Below, piece after piece: positions 11,111-19,973 of a DNA stretch of 64,000 bases (its first letter is position 1; each line of letters starts with the position of its first letter). The notes under the pieces were generated by a model. The model searched no databases and had not been told where the DNA came from. It saw only the letters and a list, made by a program, of their open reading frames with translations. Source of the stretch: Patescibacteria group bacterium (GTDB taxonomy: Bacteria; Patescibacteriota; Saccharimonadia; Saccharimonadales; JAUPVS01); the NCBI GenBank assembly GCA_030916945.1, contig JAUPVS010000003.1, positions 6,536 to 70,535 of the forward strand, given 5' to 3'. A program made the position numbers and the translations under genes.

Positions 11111-12682
11111 CTATTTCTCCTTAGTTTCGCTAGGAACCTTAGTTTGTGCCTTGGTTTCAACATATCCTTTGGCAACCTGTTCGGCCACTTTAAGGATAGT
11201 TTTTTGCATATCGTCGGTTGGCTTATCACCCTTGTTTAGGGTGTCCATCAGCTTGCGGTGGTCGCTGTGCAAACGTTGCAACAAAGCCTTCTCGGCGTCT
11301 TTGATTTTTTCGACTGGTACGTGGTCAAAGGCACCGTTGGTGGCGGCCATTAGGGCAGCCGTTTGCTCCCAAACACTCAGCGGTGAGAACTGCGGTTGCT
11401 TAAGCAGCTCGGTCAGGCGTTGACCGCGGTTAATACGTTGTTTGGTTTCGGTATCAAGATCGGTCGAGAACTGGGCAAAGGCAGCTAGTTCGCGGAACTG
11501 AGCCAGGCTCAGACGCAAGTTACCGGCCACGCTCTTAACGGCTTTGGTTTGGGCCGAGCCACCGACGCGTGACACGCTCAAACCAACCGAGATAGCCGGG
11601 CGGATACCCTGGTAGAACAGGCTGGTTTCCATAAAGATCTGACCGTCGGTAATACTAATCACGTTAGTAGGAATATAAGCCGAGATGTCGCCGGCCTGGG
11701 TTTCGATAATTGGCAGGGCGGTTAGTGAACCGGAACCTTTTTCGTCGCTCAATTTAGCCGAACGCTCTAACAAACGCGAGTGCAGGTAGAAAACATCACC
11801 CGGGTAGGCTTCGCGGCCCGGTGGGCGGCGCAGCAACAGTGACATTTGGCGATAGGCGGCAGCGTGCTTAGTCAGGTCATCATAGATGATTAACGCGTGC
11901 TGGCCGTTGTCGCGGAAGTATTCGCCCATGGCGGTTCCGGCATAGGGGGCCAGGTACTGCAACGAAGCCGGGTCACTGGCGCTGGTGGCGATGACAATGG
12001 TTTGGTCCATGACACCTTCGCGCTTGAGGCGTTCGACCATGCGAGCTACCTTAGACAGCTTTTGACCAACGGCGACGTAAATGTTGATAACACCGGTACC
12101 TTGTTGGTGCTGGTTGATCATGGTGTCGATGGCAATGGCAGTTTTACCGGTTTGGCGGTCGCCAATAATTAACTCACGCTGACCGCGACCAATTGGCACC
12201 ATGCCGTCGATGGCCATAATACCGGTCATGAGTGGTTCGTGCACCGACTTGCGATCTAGCACACCAGGGGCAGTGCGTTCTACCAAACCAGTTAGTTTAG
12301 TTTTAACTGGGCCTTTGTCGTCTAGCGGGTTACCTAATGGGTCAACCACGCGACCAACTAGTTCGGGGCCAACCGGCACTTCGAGCACCTTACCAGTTAG
12401 GCGAGCTTTGGCACCAGCCTTAATGAGCGTGTCTTCGCCCAAAAGTACCGTACCAATTTCGTCTTCCATTAAGTTCAAGGCAAAGGCGGTTACTTTGGTA
12501 CCGTCGGTGGCCTCGATCTCGAGCATTTCGTTATAACCGGCGCTGCTTAGGCCGTAGATCCAGGCGATACCGTCACCAACGCGCGTTACCACACCAACGG
12601 TTTCAAAATCACCAGTTCGTTTAAGATCTTCAATGGCTGCCCGAATGTCGGCGCCGAGTTCCTTGATTGATATATCTGCCAT
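11111..12682 (-). CDS. atpA: F1 ATP synthase alpha subunit
   Basis: 523 aa with Walker [10 protein letters not shown] and an alpha-subunit pattern throughout. It has a short Lys/Glu/Thr-rich C-terminal extension. Confidence 0.95.
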   Translation of the reverse strand: MADISIKELGADIRAAIEDLKRTGDFETVGVVTRVGDGIAWIYGLSSAGYNEMLEIEATDGTKVTAFALNLMEDEIGTVLLGEDTLIKAGAKARLTGKVLEVPVGPELVGRVVDPLGNPLDDKGPVKTKLTGLVERTAPGVLDRKSVHEPLMTGIMAIDGMVPIGRGQRELIIGDRQTGKTAIAIDTMINQHQQGTGVINIYVAVGQKLSKVARMVERLKREGVMDQTIVIATSASDPASLQYLAPYAGTAMGEYFRDNGQHALIIYDDLTKHAAAYRQMSLLLRRPPGREAYPGDVFYLHSRLLERSAKLSDEKGSGSLTALPIIETQAGDISAYIPTNVISITDGQIFMETSLFYQGIRPAISVGLSVSRVGGSAQTKAVKSVAGNLRLSLAQFRELAAFAQFSTDLDTETKQRINRGQRLTELLKQPQFSPLSVWEQTAALMAATNGAFDHVPVEKIKDAEKALLQRLHSDHRKLMDTLNKGDKPTDDMQKTILKVAEQVAKGYVETKAQTKVPSETKEK

Positions 12683-12753
12683 GTTATTCCTTCCTATAAA
12701 CTCTAAACACGAATATCTAAATTCTAAACCGTTTAGGATTTAGAAATTATCAT

Positions 12754-13149
12754 TTAGAATTTCCTCGTTAATTTATCTAATTTAGCTTGGGCGGTTTGGT
12801 CGAGCTGCTTGTCGGCCGTCTGCACCTTAATGCCGCTCAACACCTGGGGTTCAACGGTTTCGTCTAAAACAAATTGCTTGGCGGCCGGGTACTCATTCTT
12901 TAGCAACTGCTTCACCTCGGCCTTAACACCGGCACTTAGCGGAAAGGCGGTGGTTAGGTTAGCCTCGATGACACCGTCGCGGGCCCGAGCCGTCAGGACA
13001 TCCCGCAAGATGAGGTCCAAGTCTTTGGTTTGATGTTCTTGGACTAAGTATGCCGCGATCTGGCGAGCCAACTGCTTAGAAGACGCTTGCTTCTGCATCA
13101 TAGTCGCGATTACGCGCGCTAATTCGGTTCGTTGGGTCGCCGTTGCCAT
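12754..13149 (-). CDS. atpH: F1 ATP synthase delta (OSCP) subunit, unusually short (131 aa)
   Basis: Its position between atpF and atpA supports the call. The C-terminal pattern VLSGIKVQTADKQLDQTAQAKL resembles the delta consensus. The start overlaps the atpF stop (TAATG). Confidence 0.7.
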   Translation of the reverse strand: MATATQRTELARVIATMMQKQASSKQLARQIAAYLVQEHQTKDLDLILRDVLTARARDGVIEANLTTAFPLSAGVKAEVKQLLKNEYPAAKQFVLDETVEPQVLSGIKVQTADKQLDQTAQAKLDKLTRKF

Positions 13150-13694
13150 TACTTAACTTCCTCGAGCATCCGTTCAATCAGCTGAGTATCCTTTTTGGCA
13201 TCAACCTTTTCGCGGATAATTGCCGCGGTGGCCATGCCAACCAATTCAACCATATCTTTTTTGAGTTCTTGTTTGGCCTTGTCGATATCTTCGGCAATGC
13301 GGTTGTGGGCGTCGGCTAGCAGGGCATCAGCTTTGTGCTGAGCCTGAGCTTCGGCCTCTTTGAGCATGCTACCGGCTTCTTCGTGTCCTTGGGCGATAAT
13401 GGTGTCGGCTTCTTTACGAGCCTTCTGCAAAAGGGCTTCGACGCGCTCATCAAGATCGGTCTTTTCCTTTTCCATTTCGATACCCAACATAACACCCTTG
13501 TCGATTGTCTTGCGGCGCTCTTCGAGCGTGCCGACAATCTTGGTTAATGCAAACTTCTTAATTAAGAAGAAGAGGACCAAAAAGGTGACAGCCTGCGCCA
13601 AAATGGCCCATGGGTCAATCCCCAAGGCGGCAATACCTTCTGGTTCGGCAGCTGCTTCAGCAGAAGCTATAAATATTGGAACAAATGCTATCAC
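13149..13694 (-). CDS. atpF: Fo ATP synthase b subunit
   Basis: 181 aa with one N-terminal TM (WAILAQAVTFLVLFFLI) followed by a long charged helix. GTG start. Its operon position supports the call. Confidence 0.8.
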   Translation of the reverse strand: MIAFVPIFIASAEAAAEPEGIAALGIDPWAILAQAVTFLVLFFLIKKFALTKIVGTLEERRKTIDKGVMLGIEMEKEKTDLDERVEALLQKARKEADTIIAQGHEEAGSMLKEAEAQAQHKADALLADAHNRIAEDIDKAKQELKKDMVELVGMATAAIIREKVDAKKDTQLIERMLEEVK

Positions 13695-13716
13695 CTTAAT
13701 GAATCCTTTCTAAATA

Positions 13717-13953
13717 TTAACCGAGTAAGAAGGCACCGAGTAGGAAGGCCAACAATGCAGTCACTTCGATCATCGCAGCGATGATGACGATCTGGCTAGC
13801 AGCCTTACCAGCTTCTGGGTTACGACCCAAAGCCTTCATGTAGTTCGCACCAACTAATGCCAAGCCTAATGCGGCTGAAGCAAAAGCGATACCGAGCATA
13901 ATGCCTTTAGAAATCGCTAATGCGCTTTCGGCGTCTGCAAATAATTGAACCAT
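13717..13953 (-). CDS. atpE: Fo ATP synthase c subunit
   Basis: 78-aa helical hairpin with loop GRNPEA and a carboxylate in helix 2 (AAMIEVTAL). No helix-1 Gln, so no obvious Na+ signature. Confidence 0.9.
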   Translation of the reverse strand: MVQLFADAESALAISKGIMLGIAFASAALGLALVGANYMKALGRNPEAGKAASQIVIIAAMIEVTALLAFLLGAFLLG

Positions 13954-14010
13954 GATTTTAACTCCTTAGTTTATCCCTTGTATTGTAACTTGTCCGTGGA
14001 CAAGATGGTT

Positions 14011-14853
14011 CTAACCACTGTTACCCGTTGTTTCGACCTTATTTAACGGTTCAGAGTGGTTATCGTGTGAATCGCCGTGGGCATGCGCAATGGCAAGCCC
14101 CAAATAGGTGCCGGCGAGCACCGTGAATACATAGGCTTGAATGAATGCCACCAAGCCCTCGAACAGAATAATCGGTAAAACGGCCAGCGGCGTGCGGCCA
14201 CCAGCTAACACCATAGAAGTAAAGACAGCAATCAGAATTTCGCCAACGGCGGTATTAAGGAACAAACGTAGGCTCAGGCTAATCACCCGAGTAAACTCAC
14301 CAAACACTTCTAGGACACCAATAAACAGGTTGATCGGATTCTTGGGCTTGTCACTAAAGTAGTGTTGCAGATGCTTTTTAGCGCCTTGTTCTTTAATACT
14401 GAGGTACTGCACCATCAGGATGGCAATTACGGCCAGGGCAATGGTACCGTTGAGGTCGGCCGTAAACGGGCGGAACAGCGGCGATTCACCAAACGTAATG
14501 GCTTCACCTACCACTGGTAGCGGGCCCAGCAGGTTGGAAAAGATAATAAAGAAGAAGTAGACGCCAAAGTAAGGGGCAAAACGAGCCGCCGTTTCGCGGT
14601 TGCCAAATGGTCCTTCTAGCAAGGTCACCACAAAATCGGCCACATAGTCGACCAGGTTACGGAAGAAGCCTTTTTGTGGTCGAACGGTAATTTTACGGGC
14701 GGCGGCGATCATCAATACCACAAGTAAGGCCGAACAGATAAAACCATACAGCATGGCGTTAGTTACTTCGAGCGGTCCAATATGAAACAATGGCTCGGCC
14801 TTAAGGCTAATGTGAATGCCGCTGTCTGATTCGGCAAAGTTTTGTAGCAGCAC
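14011..14853 (-). CDS. atpB: Fo ATP synthase a subunit
   Basis: 280 aa, polytopic. The conserved Arg region is SLSLRLFLNTAVGE. GTG start with AAGGAGGTAATCTCTA upstream. Confidence 0.9.
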   Translation of the reverse strand: MLLQNFAESDSGIHISLKAEPLFHIGPLEVTNAMLYGFICSALLVVLMIAAARKITVRPQKGFFRNLVDYVADFVVTLLEGPFGNRETAARFAPYFGVYFFFIIFSNLLGPLPVVGEAITFGESPLFRPFTADLNGTIALAVIAILMVQYLSIKEQGAKKHLQHYFSDKPKNPINLFIGVLEVFGEFTRVISLSLRLFLNTAVGEILIAVFTSMVLAGGRTPLAVLPIILFEGLVAFIQAYVFTVLAGTYLGLAIAHAHGDSHDNHSEPLNKVETTGNSG

Positions 14854-14866
14854 TAGAGATTACCTC

Positions 14867-14884
14867 CTTGCGATATACCGCAAG
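14867..14884 (-). promoter_or_regulatory. 6-bp hairpin abutting the atpB Shine-Dalgarno
   Basis: The mRNA sense reads CUUGCG-GUAUAU-CGCAAG, followed directly by GAGG. The 3' arm shares AAG with the SD AAGGAGG (14869..14863). Confidence 0.35.
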
Positions 14885-14986
14885 AAGATAGATGCGTCGT
14901 CTTGGCGGCGGCGAAATATCTCTTCATCTCCAAGTAGTATAACAGGAGTGGGGCAGAGGCTGCAAGCGTGATATAATAGATGTACT

Positions 14987-15244
14987 ATGAGTTCTTCTAG
15001 CGCTACCGACAAACCTACCGTCACTATATATAGTGCTACCTGGTGCGCCTTCTGTCATGCCGCCAAGGACTATCTAGATAAGAAAGGCGTCGCCTACACC
15101 GACCTCGACATCGAAAAAGACCCGGCCAATGCCCAAGCCGTTGTTCAGAAGTCCGGCCAGTTAGGCATACCGGTTTTAGACATAAATGGCACGATTATTG
15201 TTGGTTTTGACCGCCCTAAAATAGACGCCGCCCTGGGGGCCTAA
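14987..15244 (+). CDS. glutaredoxin-like / NrdH-type small redoxin
   Basis: 85 aa with a thioredoxin-fold pattern (TIYSATWCAFCHAAKDYLDKKGVAY...IPVL) and a CxxC of CAFC. TATAAT at 14972..14977 lies 9 nt upstream. Confidence 0.8.
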   Translation: MSSSSATDKPTVTIYSATWCAFCHAAKDYLDKKGVAYTDLDIEKDPANAQAVVQKSGQLGIPVLDINGTIIVGFDRPKIDAALGA

Positions 15245-15252
15245 CACCAACC

Positions 15253-15822
15253 ATGGCATTCGAAGATTTTAAACAAAAAGAGGCGGTGGTAATTGTTTAC
15301 ACCGGCGAGAGCAAGGGTAAAACCAGCGCCAGCATGGGTCTGATGACCCGAGCTTTGGGCACCGATTGGTCGGTGGCCTTCATTCAATTTATTAAGCACT
15401 GGGAAGTCGGCGAACATCGTTTTATCGCTAAGATTCAGCCGATTTTTAAAGACAAGCTTTATTTTTATAAGGGTGGCAAAGGCTTTTACAACGCCGGCGA
15501 ACTCAGCGCCGAAGGTGTTACGGAAGATCAGCACAAGCAAGCTGCCCGAGAAACCTATGACGAAGCCTACAAGGCCGCCACCAGCGGCAAGTTCCAACTG
15601 GTAATTTGCGACGAAATCAACAACGCCGTCAACAATGGTTTACTGACGGTTGATCAAATGAAAAAGCTTATCGAGGACCGCGCCAAGGGCACCAGCCTAT
15701 GCTTAACCGGCCGTAACTTTCCGGAAGAACTAATCCCGCTCACCGATATCGCCACCAATATGACCAAAATAAAGCACCACTTTGACGAAAAATACCTGGC
15801 CAACAAGGGTATCGACTACTAG
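15253..15822 (+). CDS. cob(I)yrinic acid a,c-diamide / corrinoid adenosyltransferase (CobO/BtuR family)
   Basis: 189 aa. Family-typical motifs are VYTGESKGKTSASMG, FIQFIK, VICDEINNAV, CLTGRNFPEEL and KIKHHFDEKYLANKGIDY. Confidence 0.85.
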   Translation: MAFEDFKQKEAVVIVYTGESKGKTSASMGLMTRALGTDWSVAFIQFIKHWEVGEHRFIAKIQPIFKDKLYFYKGGKGFYNAGELSAEGVTEDQHKQAARETYDEAYKAATSGKFQLVICDEINNAVNNGLLTVDQMKKLIEDRAKGTSLCLTGRNFPEELIPLTDIATNMTKIKHHFDEKYLANKGIDY

Positions 15823-15824
15823 CA

Positions 15825-16337
15825 ATGACAACGCTCTACCTAATGGTTGGCTATCCCGGAGCCGGTAAAACCACGGCCGCCCAAATACTGCACAATCTAA
15901 CTGGTGCCGAACACCTGTGGGCTGATCATATTCGCAAAGAACAGTTCCAGGCACCGACTTACAGCCAGCAAGAAAGCAATCAGCTATATGAGCAGATGAA
16001 TAAGCAAACCGAAGCTCTCCTGAAGCAAGGCAAGAGCGTCATCTTTGACACCAATTTTAACTTCTATAAAGATCGTCAAAAGCTGCGCCAGATTGCCGAA
16101 CTGGCCGCTGCCAAAACCGTACTTATCTGGGTGCAAGCCCCTCGCCAAGTTGCCAAACAACGCGCCACCACTAATGCCCACCAGCAGGATTCACGCGTCT
16201 TGGGCAATATGACCGATCAAGACTTCGACAGACTCAGCAACCACCTAGAAGAGCCCCAGCCCGATGAGCACGCCATCGTACTAGATGGCACCAATCTGAC
16301 CAAAGAACAAATAAGTTCAGCAGTTCTTAATAATTAG
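15825..16337 (+). CDS. P-loop kinase (AAA_33 / zeta-toxin-like ATPase family)
   Basis: 170 aa with Walker A GYPGAGKTT at the N-terminus. Its size and layout match small nucleotide or gluconate-type kinases. Confidence 0.65.
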   Translation: MTTLYLMVGYPGAGKTTAAQILHNLTGAEHLWADHIRKEQFQAPTYSQQESNQLYEQMNKQTEALLKQGKSVIFDTNFNFYKDRQKLRQIAELAAAKTVLIWVQAPRQVAKQRATTNAHQQDSRVLGNMTDQDFDRLSNHLEEPQPDEHAIVLDGTNLTKEQISSAVLNN

Positions 16338-16353
16338 GGCGTAGGCTAAAGCT

Positions 16354-16908
16354 ATGAAGAAGAAACTTATTGCTATTTTTGTGGCCTTAATTATCGCCGC
16401 TCTAAGCCCTTGGCTGGCTAAACATTTGCCGGATAGTCGGTTGCCGCCAGCACCGCCGGGTTATTATCATGTCGTCGAGTTTGCCGATGGCGACACCATA
16501 ACTGTTGATATGAATGGCACCAAAGAAAAGATCCGCTTTATTGGCGTTGATACGCCCGAAACACATGACCCGCGCAAGGCCGTTCAGTGTTTTGGAGCAG
16601 CCGCGGCCGCTTTTACCAAGCAGCGGATTGGCAATTCACCAGTTCGGCTCGAAGCCGACCCGACCAACACCAATCGCGACCGCTATAAACGCCTGCTCAG
16701 ATATGTCTATTTGCCAGACGGCACCTTAGTTAATGCCGAGATCATCAAGCAGGGCTACGGCTTTGCCTACACCAGCTTTCCGTTTACCAAGCTAGACGAG
16801 TTCAAACAGCTTCAAGCCGAAGCCCAGAACCAAAAACGCGGGCTGTGGGGCAGCTGTACACCACAAACCAATCAGTACGGCGGCTACACTTCTAACGACG
16901 CTCGTTAA
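16354..16908 (+). CDS. membrane-anchored or secreted thermonuclease (staphylococcal nuclease, SNase fold)
   Basis: It has an N-terminal signal or anchor (KKKLIAIFVALIIAALSPWL). SNase motifs are IRFIGVDTPETHDPRK, RDRYKRLLRYVY, NAEIIKQGYGFAY and GLWG. Confidence 0.85.
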   Translation: MKKKLIAIFVALIIAALSPWLAKHLPDSRLPPAPPGYYHVVEFADGDTITVDMNGTKEKIRFIGVDTPETHDPRKAVQCFGAAAAAFTKQRIGNSPVRLEADPTNTNRDRYKRLLRYVYLPDGTLVNAEIIKQGYGFAYTSFPFTKLDEFKQLQAEAQNQKRGLWGSCTPQTNQYGGYTSNDAR

Positions 16909-17716
16909 GCGGCGGACGACCACACCACACCGCAATCCGTTCGGCCGAACGCGGCACAAACTGCATGACATACAAAAAGCCGGCGCCAACATAACTCAAT
17001 GGCCAGCTCTTTTTGTTATGGGCTTGCAGGGTACGGGGCCACATCTTTAGGTAGGGCCACAGCGTGCCATCATGCTCAAAGACATGTGGCATACAAGCAC
17101 CCACTACCAAGGTGGACCAGTAGTGAATCTGGTAACCCTTTTTATGCAGAATAAAAGACAGATCAAGGTCTTCGTGAATATCGTTACGCATCGAGGTGTC
17201 ATTTTTAACAGACTGCCACAGTTTTTTGGGCACAGCCATGTTAGAACCCCACAAGATGTAATGACCCACCAGCAGTCGGTTCATCCTAAAAACAAACTGG
17301 CTAGTAATCCATTGGTCCAGGCGCGGCATCCGTACGTTATAAAAGGCACAGCCACCGGTTAGGGCTGTATTGGCGTGGGCGGGGTCGGCATAAAACCCTT
17401 TAACCCGTTCTACCCAGTCGGTGGGTAAGCGAGTATCGGCGTCAATCCGGCCGATAATCTGGCCTTTGGCGGCGTTAAAGCCGGCCGTGCGCGCCCAGGC
17501 CCGGCCCTGGTTCTTTTCTTCTATAATTCGAACAAATTTAAAGCTGCGGGCAACCTTAACAGTAGCGTCGGTGGAGTTGTTATTTACAACCAGGACTTCA
17601 TCGGGCATATCAGTCTGTTTGGCAATCGCATGCAGGCAGCGTTTAAGATGGTGTTCTTCGTTGTAAGCTGGTATAACTATAGATACCGTTAATGCTTTTT
17701 TTGTCATAAAACTCAT
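16892..17716 (-). CDS. family 2 glycosyltransferase
   Basis: VSIVIPAYNEEHHLKRCL and DxD-like RIDADT. The start is either ATG 17716 or, more likely, ATG 17707 (a minus-strand TATTAT lies 9 nt upstream). Confidence 0.85.
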   Translation of the reverse strand: MSFMTKKALTVSIVIPAYNEEHHLKRCLHAIAKQTDMPDEVLVVNNNSTDATVKVARSFKFVRIIEEKNQGRAWARTAGFNAAKGQIIGRIDADTRLPTDWVERVKGFYADPAHANTALTGGCAFYNVRMPRLDQWITSQFVFRMNRLLVGHYILWGSNMAVPKKLWQSVKNDTSMRNDIHEDLDLSFILHKKGYQIHYWSTLVVGACMPHVFEHDGTLWPYLKMWPRTLQAHNKKSWPLSYVGAGFLYVMQFVPRSAERIAVWCGRPPLNERR

Positions 17717-17721
17717 ATAAT
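17716..17721 (+). promoter_or_regulatory. -10 box TATAAT, 8 nt upstream of ATG 17730
   Basis: TATAAT is followed by AGTATCAA and then ATG, with no SD. It overlaps the minus-strand -10 of the divergent GT2 gene. Confidence 0.5.
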
Positions 17722-17729
17722 AGTATCAA

Positions 17730-18935
17730 ATGCCCCAAGCAAAGAAGAATCCAAAACGTACCACCAGCAAGAAGCGCCGTCCGCCGTTTTACAAACGGCA
17801 CTGGGGTAGTAACGAAGCTCGCCAGCGCACCCGGCTAATTCATCACCTCGAAAAGCTAAAACTCGAAAAGCCGCGCTACTGGTTCCGCGAACGCAAACTA
17901 TTCCATAAGATACTGATTATCCTGGCTGTACTGTTGATGCTTTGGGTTGGCACCATGTATGGCATCGCCCGTTGGTATATGGCCATCCACAGTAAAGAAC
18001 AGGTGCAGTTGGGCACGACCTTTATTTCGACCTATGCCGAGTATTACGGCTTAGACGCCAAAGAAACCTTTAAAGCTCTCAACTACGACATGGGTATGCG
18101 CCACTTTAGGCTGGTTAGCTATTGGGAAGAGATCGAAGAAACACCGGGCGTCTACGACTTTAGCGACCTGGACTGGCAGATGAAGATGGCCGAAGAAAGC
18201 GGTGCCAAGGTGTCGCTATCGCTCGGCTTGCGCCAGCCGCGTTGGCCAGAATGCCACATGCCTACTTGGGCGCGCTACGCACCCAAAGACAAATGGGAAC
18301 CCGCATTAATGACCTTCATTCAAAAAGTAGTTGAGCGCTACAAGGACAGTCCCGCCCTGCAAACCTACCAGCTCGAGAACGAGTTCTTCTTAAAGGCCTT
18401 TGGCGAATGTACCGACTTTGATCGTAACCGTCTCATTAAAGAATTCAACTTGGTTAAACAGCTCGACACCAACACTCCAGTCATCATTACGCGCAGTAAC
18501 AACGCCCTGGGCTTGCCAGTTGGGCAACCGACGCCCGATAAATTTGGTGTGTCGGTCTACAAGCGGGTTTGGGACAAGAACATTACCAAGCGTTATTTTG
18601 AATATCCATTCCCGGCCTGGTTTTACGGCTTTTTGGCTGGTGCTGGCCAGATTGTAACCGGTAAGGATATGATCATCCACGAACTCCAGGCTGAAGCTTG
18701 GCTGCCCGAAGGCTACCTAATGCCGACGGCGCCAATTGAAGAACAGAACAAGTCGATGAATGCCGAACGCCTGCGTGACCGGATTGAATACGGCAAGGCC
18801 ACCGGCATGAAGACAATCGACCTATGGGGCGCCGAATGGTGGTATTGGCGCAAAACCAAACTAAACGACCCCAGCCTGTGGGACACCGTCCGCCAAGAGA
18901 TTCAAGACACCCAGATAACAAACGCCTATCTGTAG
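17730..18935 (+). CDS. membrane-anchored glycoside hydrolase, clan GH-A (TIM-barrel, GH42/GH5-like)
   Basis: 401 aa with a basic N-terminus plus one TM. WEEIEETPGVYDFSDLDWQM and the acid/base-type motif YQLENEF are typical of clan GH-A. The exact family was not resolved. Confidence 0.55.
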   Translation: MPQAKKNPKRTTSKKRRPPFYKRHWGSNEARQRTRLIHHLEKLKLEKPRYWFRERKLFHKILIILAVLLMLWVGTMYGIARWYMAIHSKEQVQLGTTFISTYAEYYGLDAKETFKALNYDMGMRHFRLVSYWEEIEETPGVYDFSDLDWQMKMAEESGAKVSLSLGLRQPRWPECHMPTWARYAPKDKWEPALMTFIQKVVERYKDSPALQTYQLENEFFLKAFGECTDFDRNRLIKEFNLVKQLDTNTPVIITRSNNALGLPVGQPTPDKFGVSVYKRVWDKNITKRYFEYPFPAWFYGFLAGAGQIVTGKDMIIHELQAEAWLPEGYLMPTAPIEEQNKSMNAERLRDRIEYGKATGMKTIDLWGAEWWYWRKTKLNDPSLWDTVRQEIQDTQITNAYL

Positions 18936-18936
18936 G

Positions 18937-19908
18937 CTAGGCGGCTAAGCCTTCAAGCACAACAGCGGCTTGAACGTGAATATCGTTAGCTACGGCGTGA
19001 CCATGACCAACTAGTCGCAGGGTATTGCTACGCTGTCTATAGCCAGGTTTATCTAAGGTCGAACTGAGTATGTCGTCACTGGCTAATTCCGACTCGCTAC
19101 CCCATGCCACCGTGGCACTGGCATTATGGTTAGCCAACAAAGCTTGCCGATAATTAGCAAAGAAACGCCCCTGGCCAATATAGCGCGCAATCGCCAGGTT
19201 AGTTAGGCGAGCTAGTCCGATGTTGTAGCTCAGAGCACCCACCGAGTCTTCGCGGGCATCTTCAAAGGTTGGCAAGTTGCAAGCCTGCACATACTCTTCG
19301 AGCCGTCCGGCCGACTTAGCAAATGCCAAACCAAGCGAAACTAAGTTACGAGACTCCACCGAAGCCGGCTCCAATAGAATAAGACTTTTTACACTGGCAT
19401 GTCCCATGCTAGCAGCTAATGCTTTTTCGACACCATAGGAGTAGCCGTAGTGGTCAACCGTATCAATGCCAGCCTGGCTTAAATAGTGGTCGAGCGGCGC
19501 TACTAGTGGTCGCCCATTACCACGGACTACCTTGTGTCGCTCGGAGTGCATTAGCCAATTACCGTCGTAACCTGGGCCACTGGGGTTGGCAAAGGCAACA
19601 ACACGCTTATTTGGGTTGGTACCGGCGATGGTTGCAATGGCGTACAACTGATTTGCATCGAGCGGATTAGCCATGGGTAAGTGTATCGCCAGTGCTTCAG
19701 CCGGATCGTGTTCAGTTGGACGGATGTCGATGTAAGGCAACCCTTTCTGCTCAAGCATATCTTCGGTGATGCCTTGGCTGGCCAAAAATTCCTGGTAAGT
19801 CTTAAAGCTAGCTTGAAAGTCGGCAAATTCGGCCACCGCATCAACTGCGTCGGGCGAAAACACGCCGTAGCCTTCAAGTCGTTCGGCTGTAGAGTCGGCA
19901 ATATTCAT
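18937..19908 (-). CDS. alpha/beta-hydrolase-fold protein
   Basis: Nucleophile-elbow motif GYSYG, and a late His in GHGHAV. The start is set at ATG 19908 (a minus-strand TATAAT at 19922..19917 lies 8 nt upstream). Confidence 0.55.
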   Translation of the reverse strand: MNIADSTAERLEGYGVFSPDAVDAVAEFADFQASFKTYQEFLASQGITEDMLEQKGLPYIDIRPTEHDPAEALAIHLPMANPLDANQLYAIATIAGTNPNKRVVAFANPSGPGYDGNWLMHSERHKVVRGNGRPLVAPLDHYLSQAGIDTVDHYGYSYGVEKALAASMGHASVKSLILLEPASVESRNLVSLGLAFAKSAGRLEEYVQACNLPTFEDAREDSVGALSYNIGLARLTNLAIARYIGQGRFFANYRQALLANHNASATVAWGSESELASDDILSSTLDKPGYRQRSNTLRLVGHGHAVANDIHVQAAVVLEGLAA

Positions 19909-19973
19909 GATACGCAATTATAACACCAAATAAGGGCTATGTCTAACGAGCGTTATCCGTTACAATAGTGCTT

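Noticed and set aside
11151-12536. Several antisense or alternate-frame ORFs of 90-111 aa lie inside atpA (11151..11423, 11897..12172, 12201..12536). Similar ones lie inside atpD, atpG, the P-type ATPase and the giant gene.
   Set aside because: They are shadow ORFs inside strongly supported conserved genes. They are low in complexity (Ser/Arg/Pro-rich) and have no start signals.
13717-13953. I checked the c subunit for a Na+-coupling signature.
   Set aside because: Helix 1 lacks the Gln, and helix 2 reads IEVT rather than the ES/ET-type Na+ motif combination. It is therefore treated as an ordinary H+-type c subunit.
15241-15597. A 118-aa antisense ORF lies opposite the corrinoid adenosyltransferase gene.
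   Set aside because: The sense gene has strong family motifs. The antisense ORF has no start signals and its composition is hydrophobic and Gly-rich, mirroring the sense codons.
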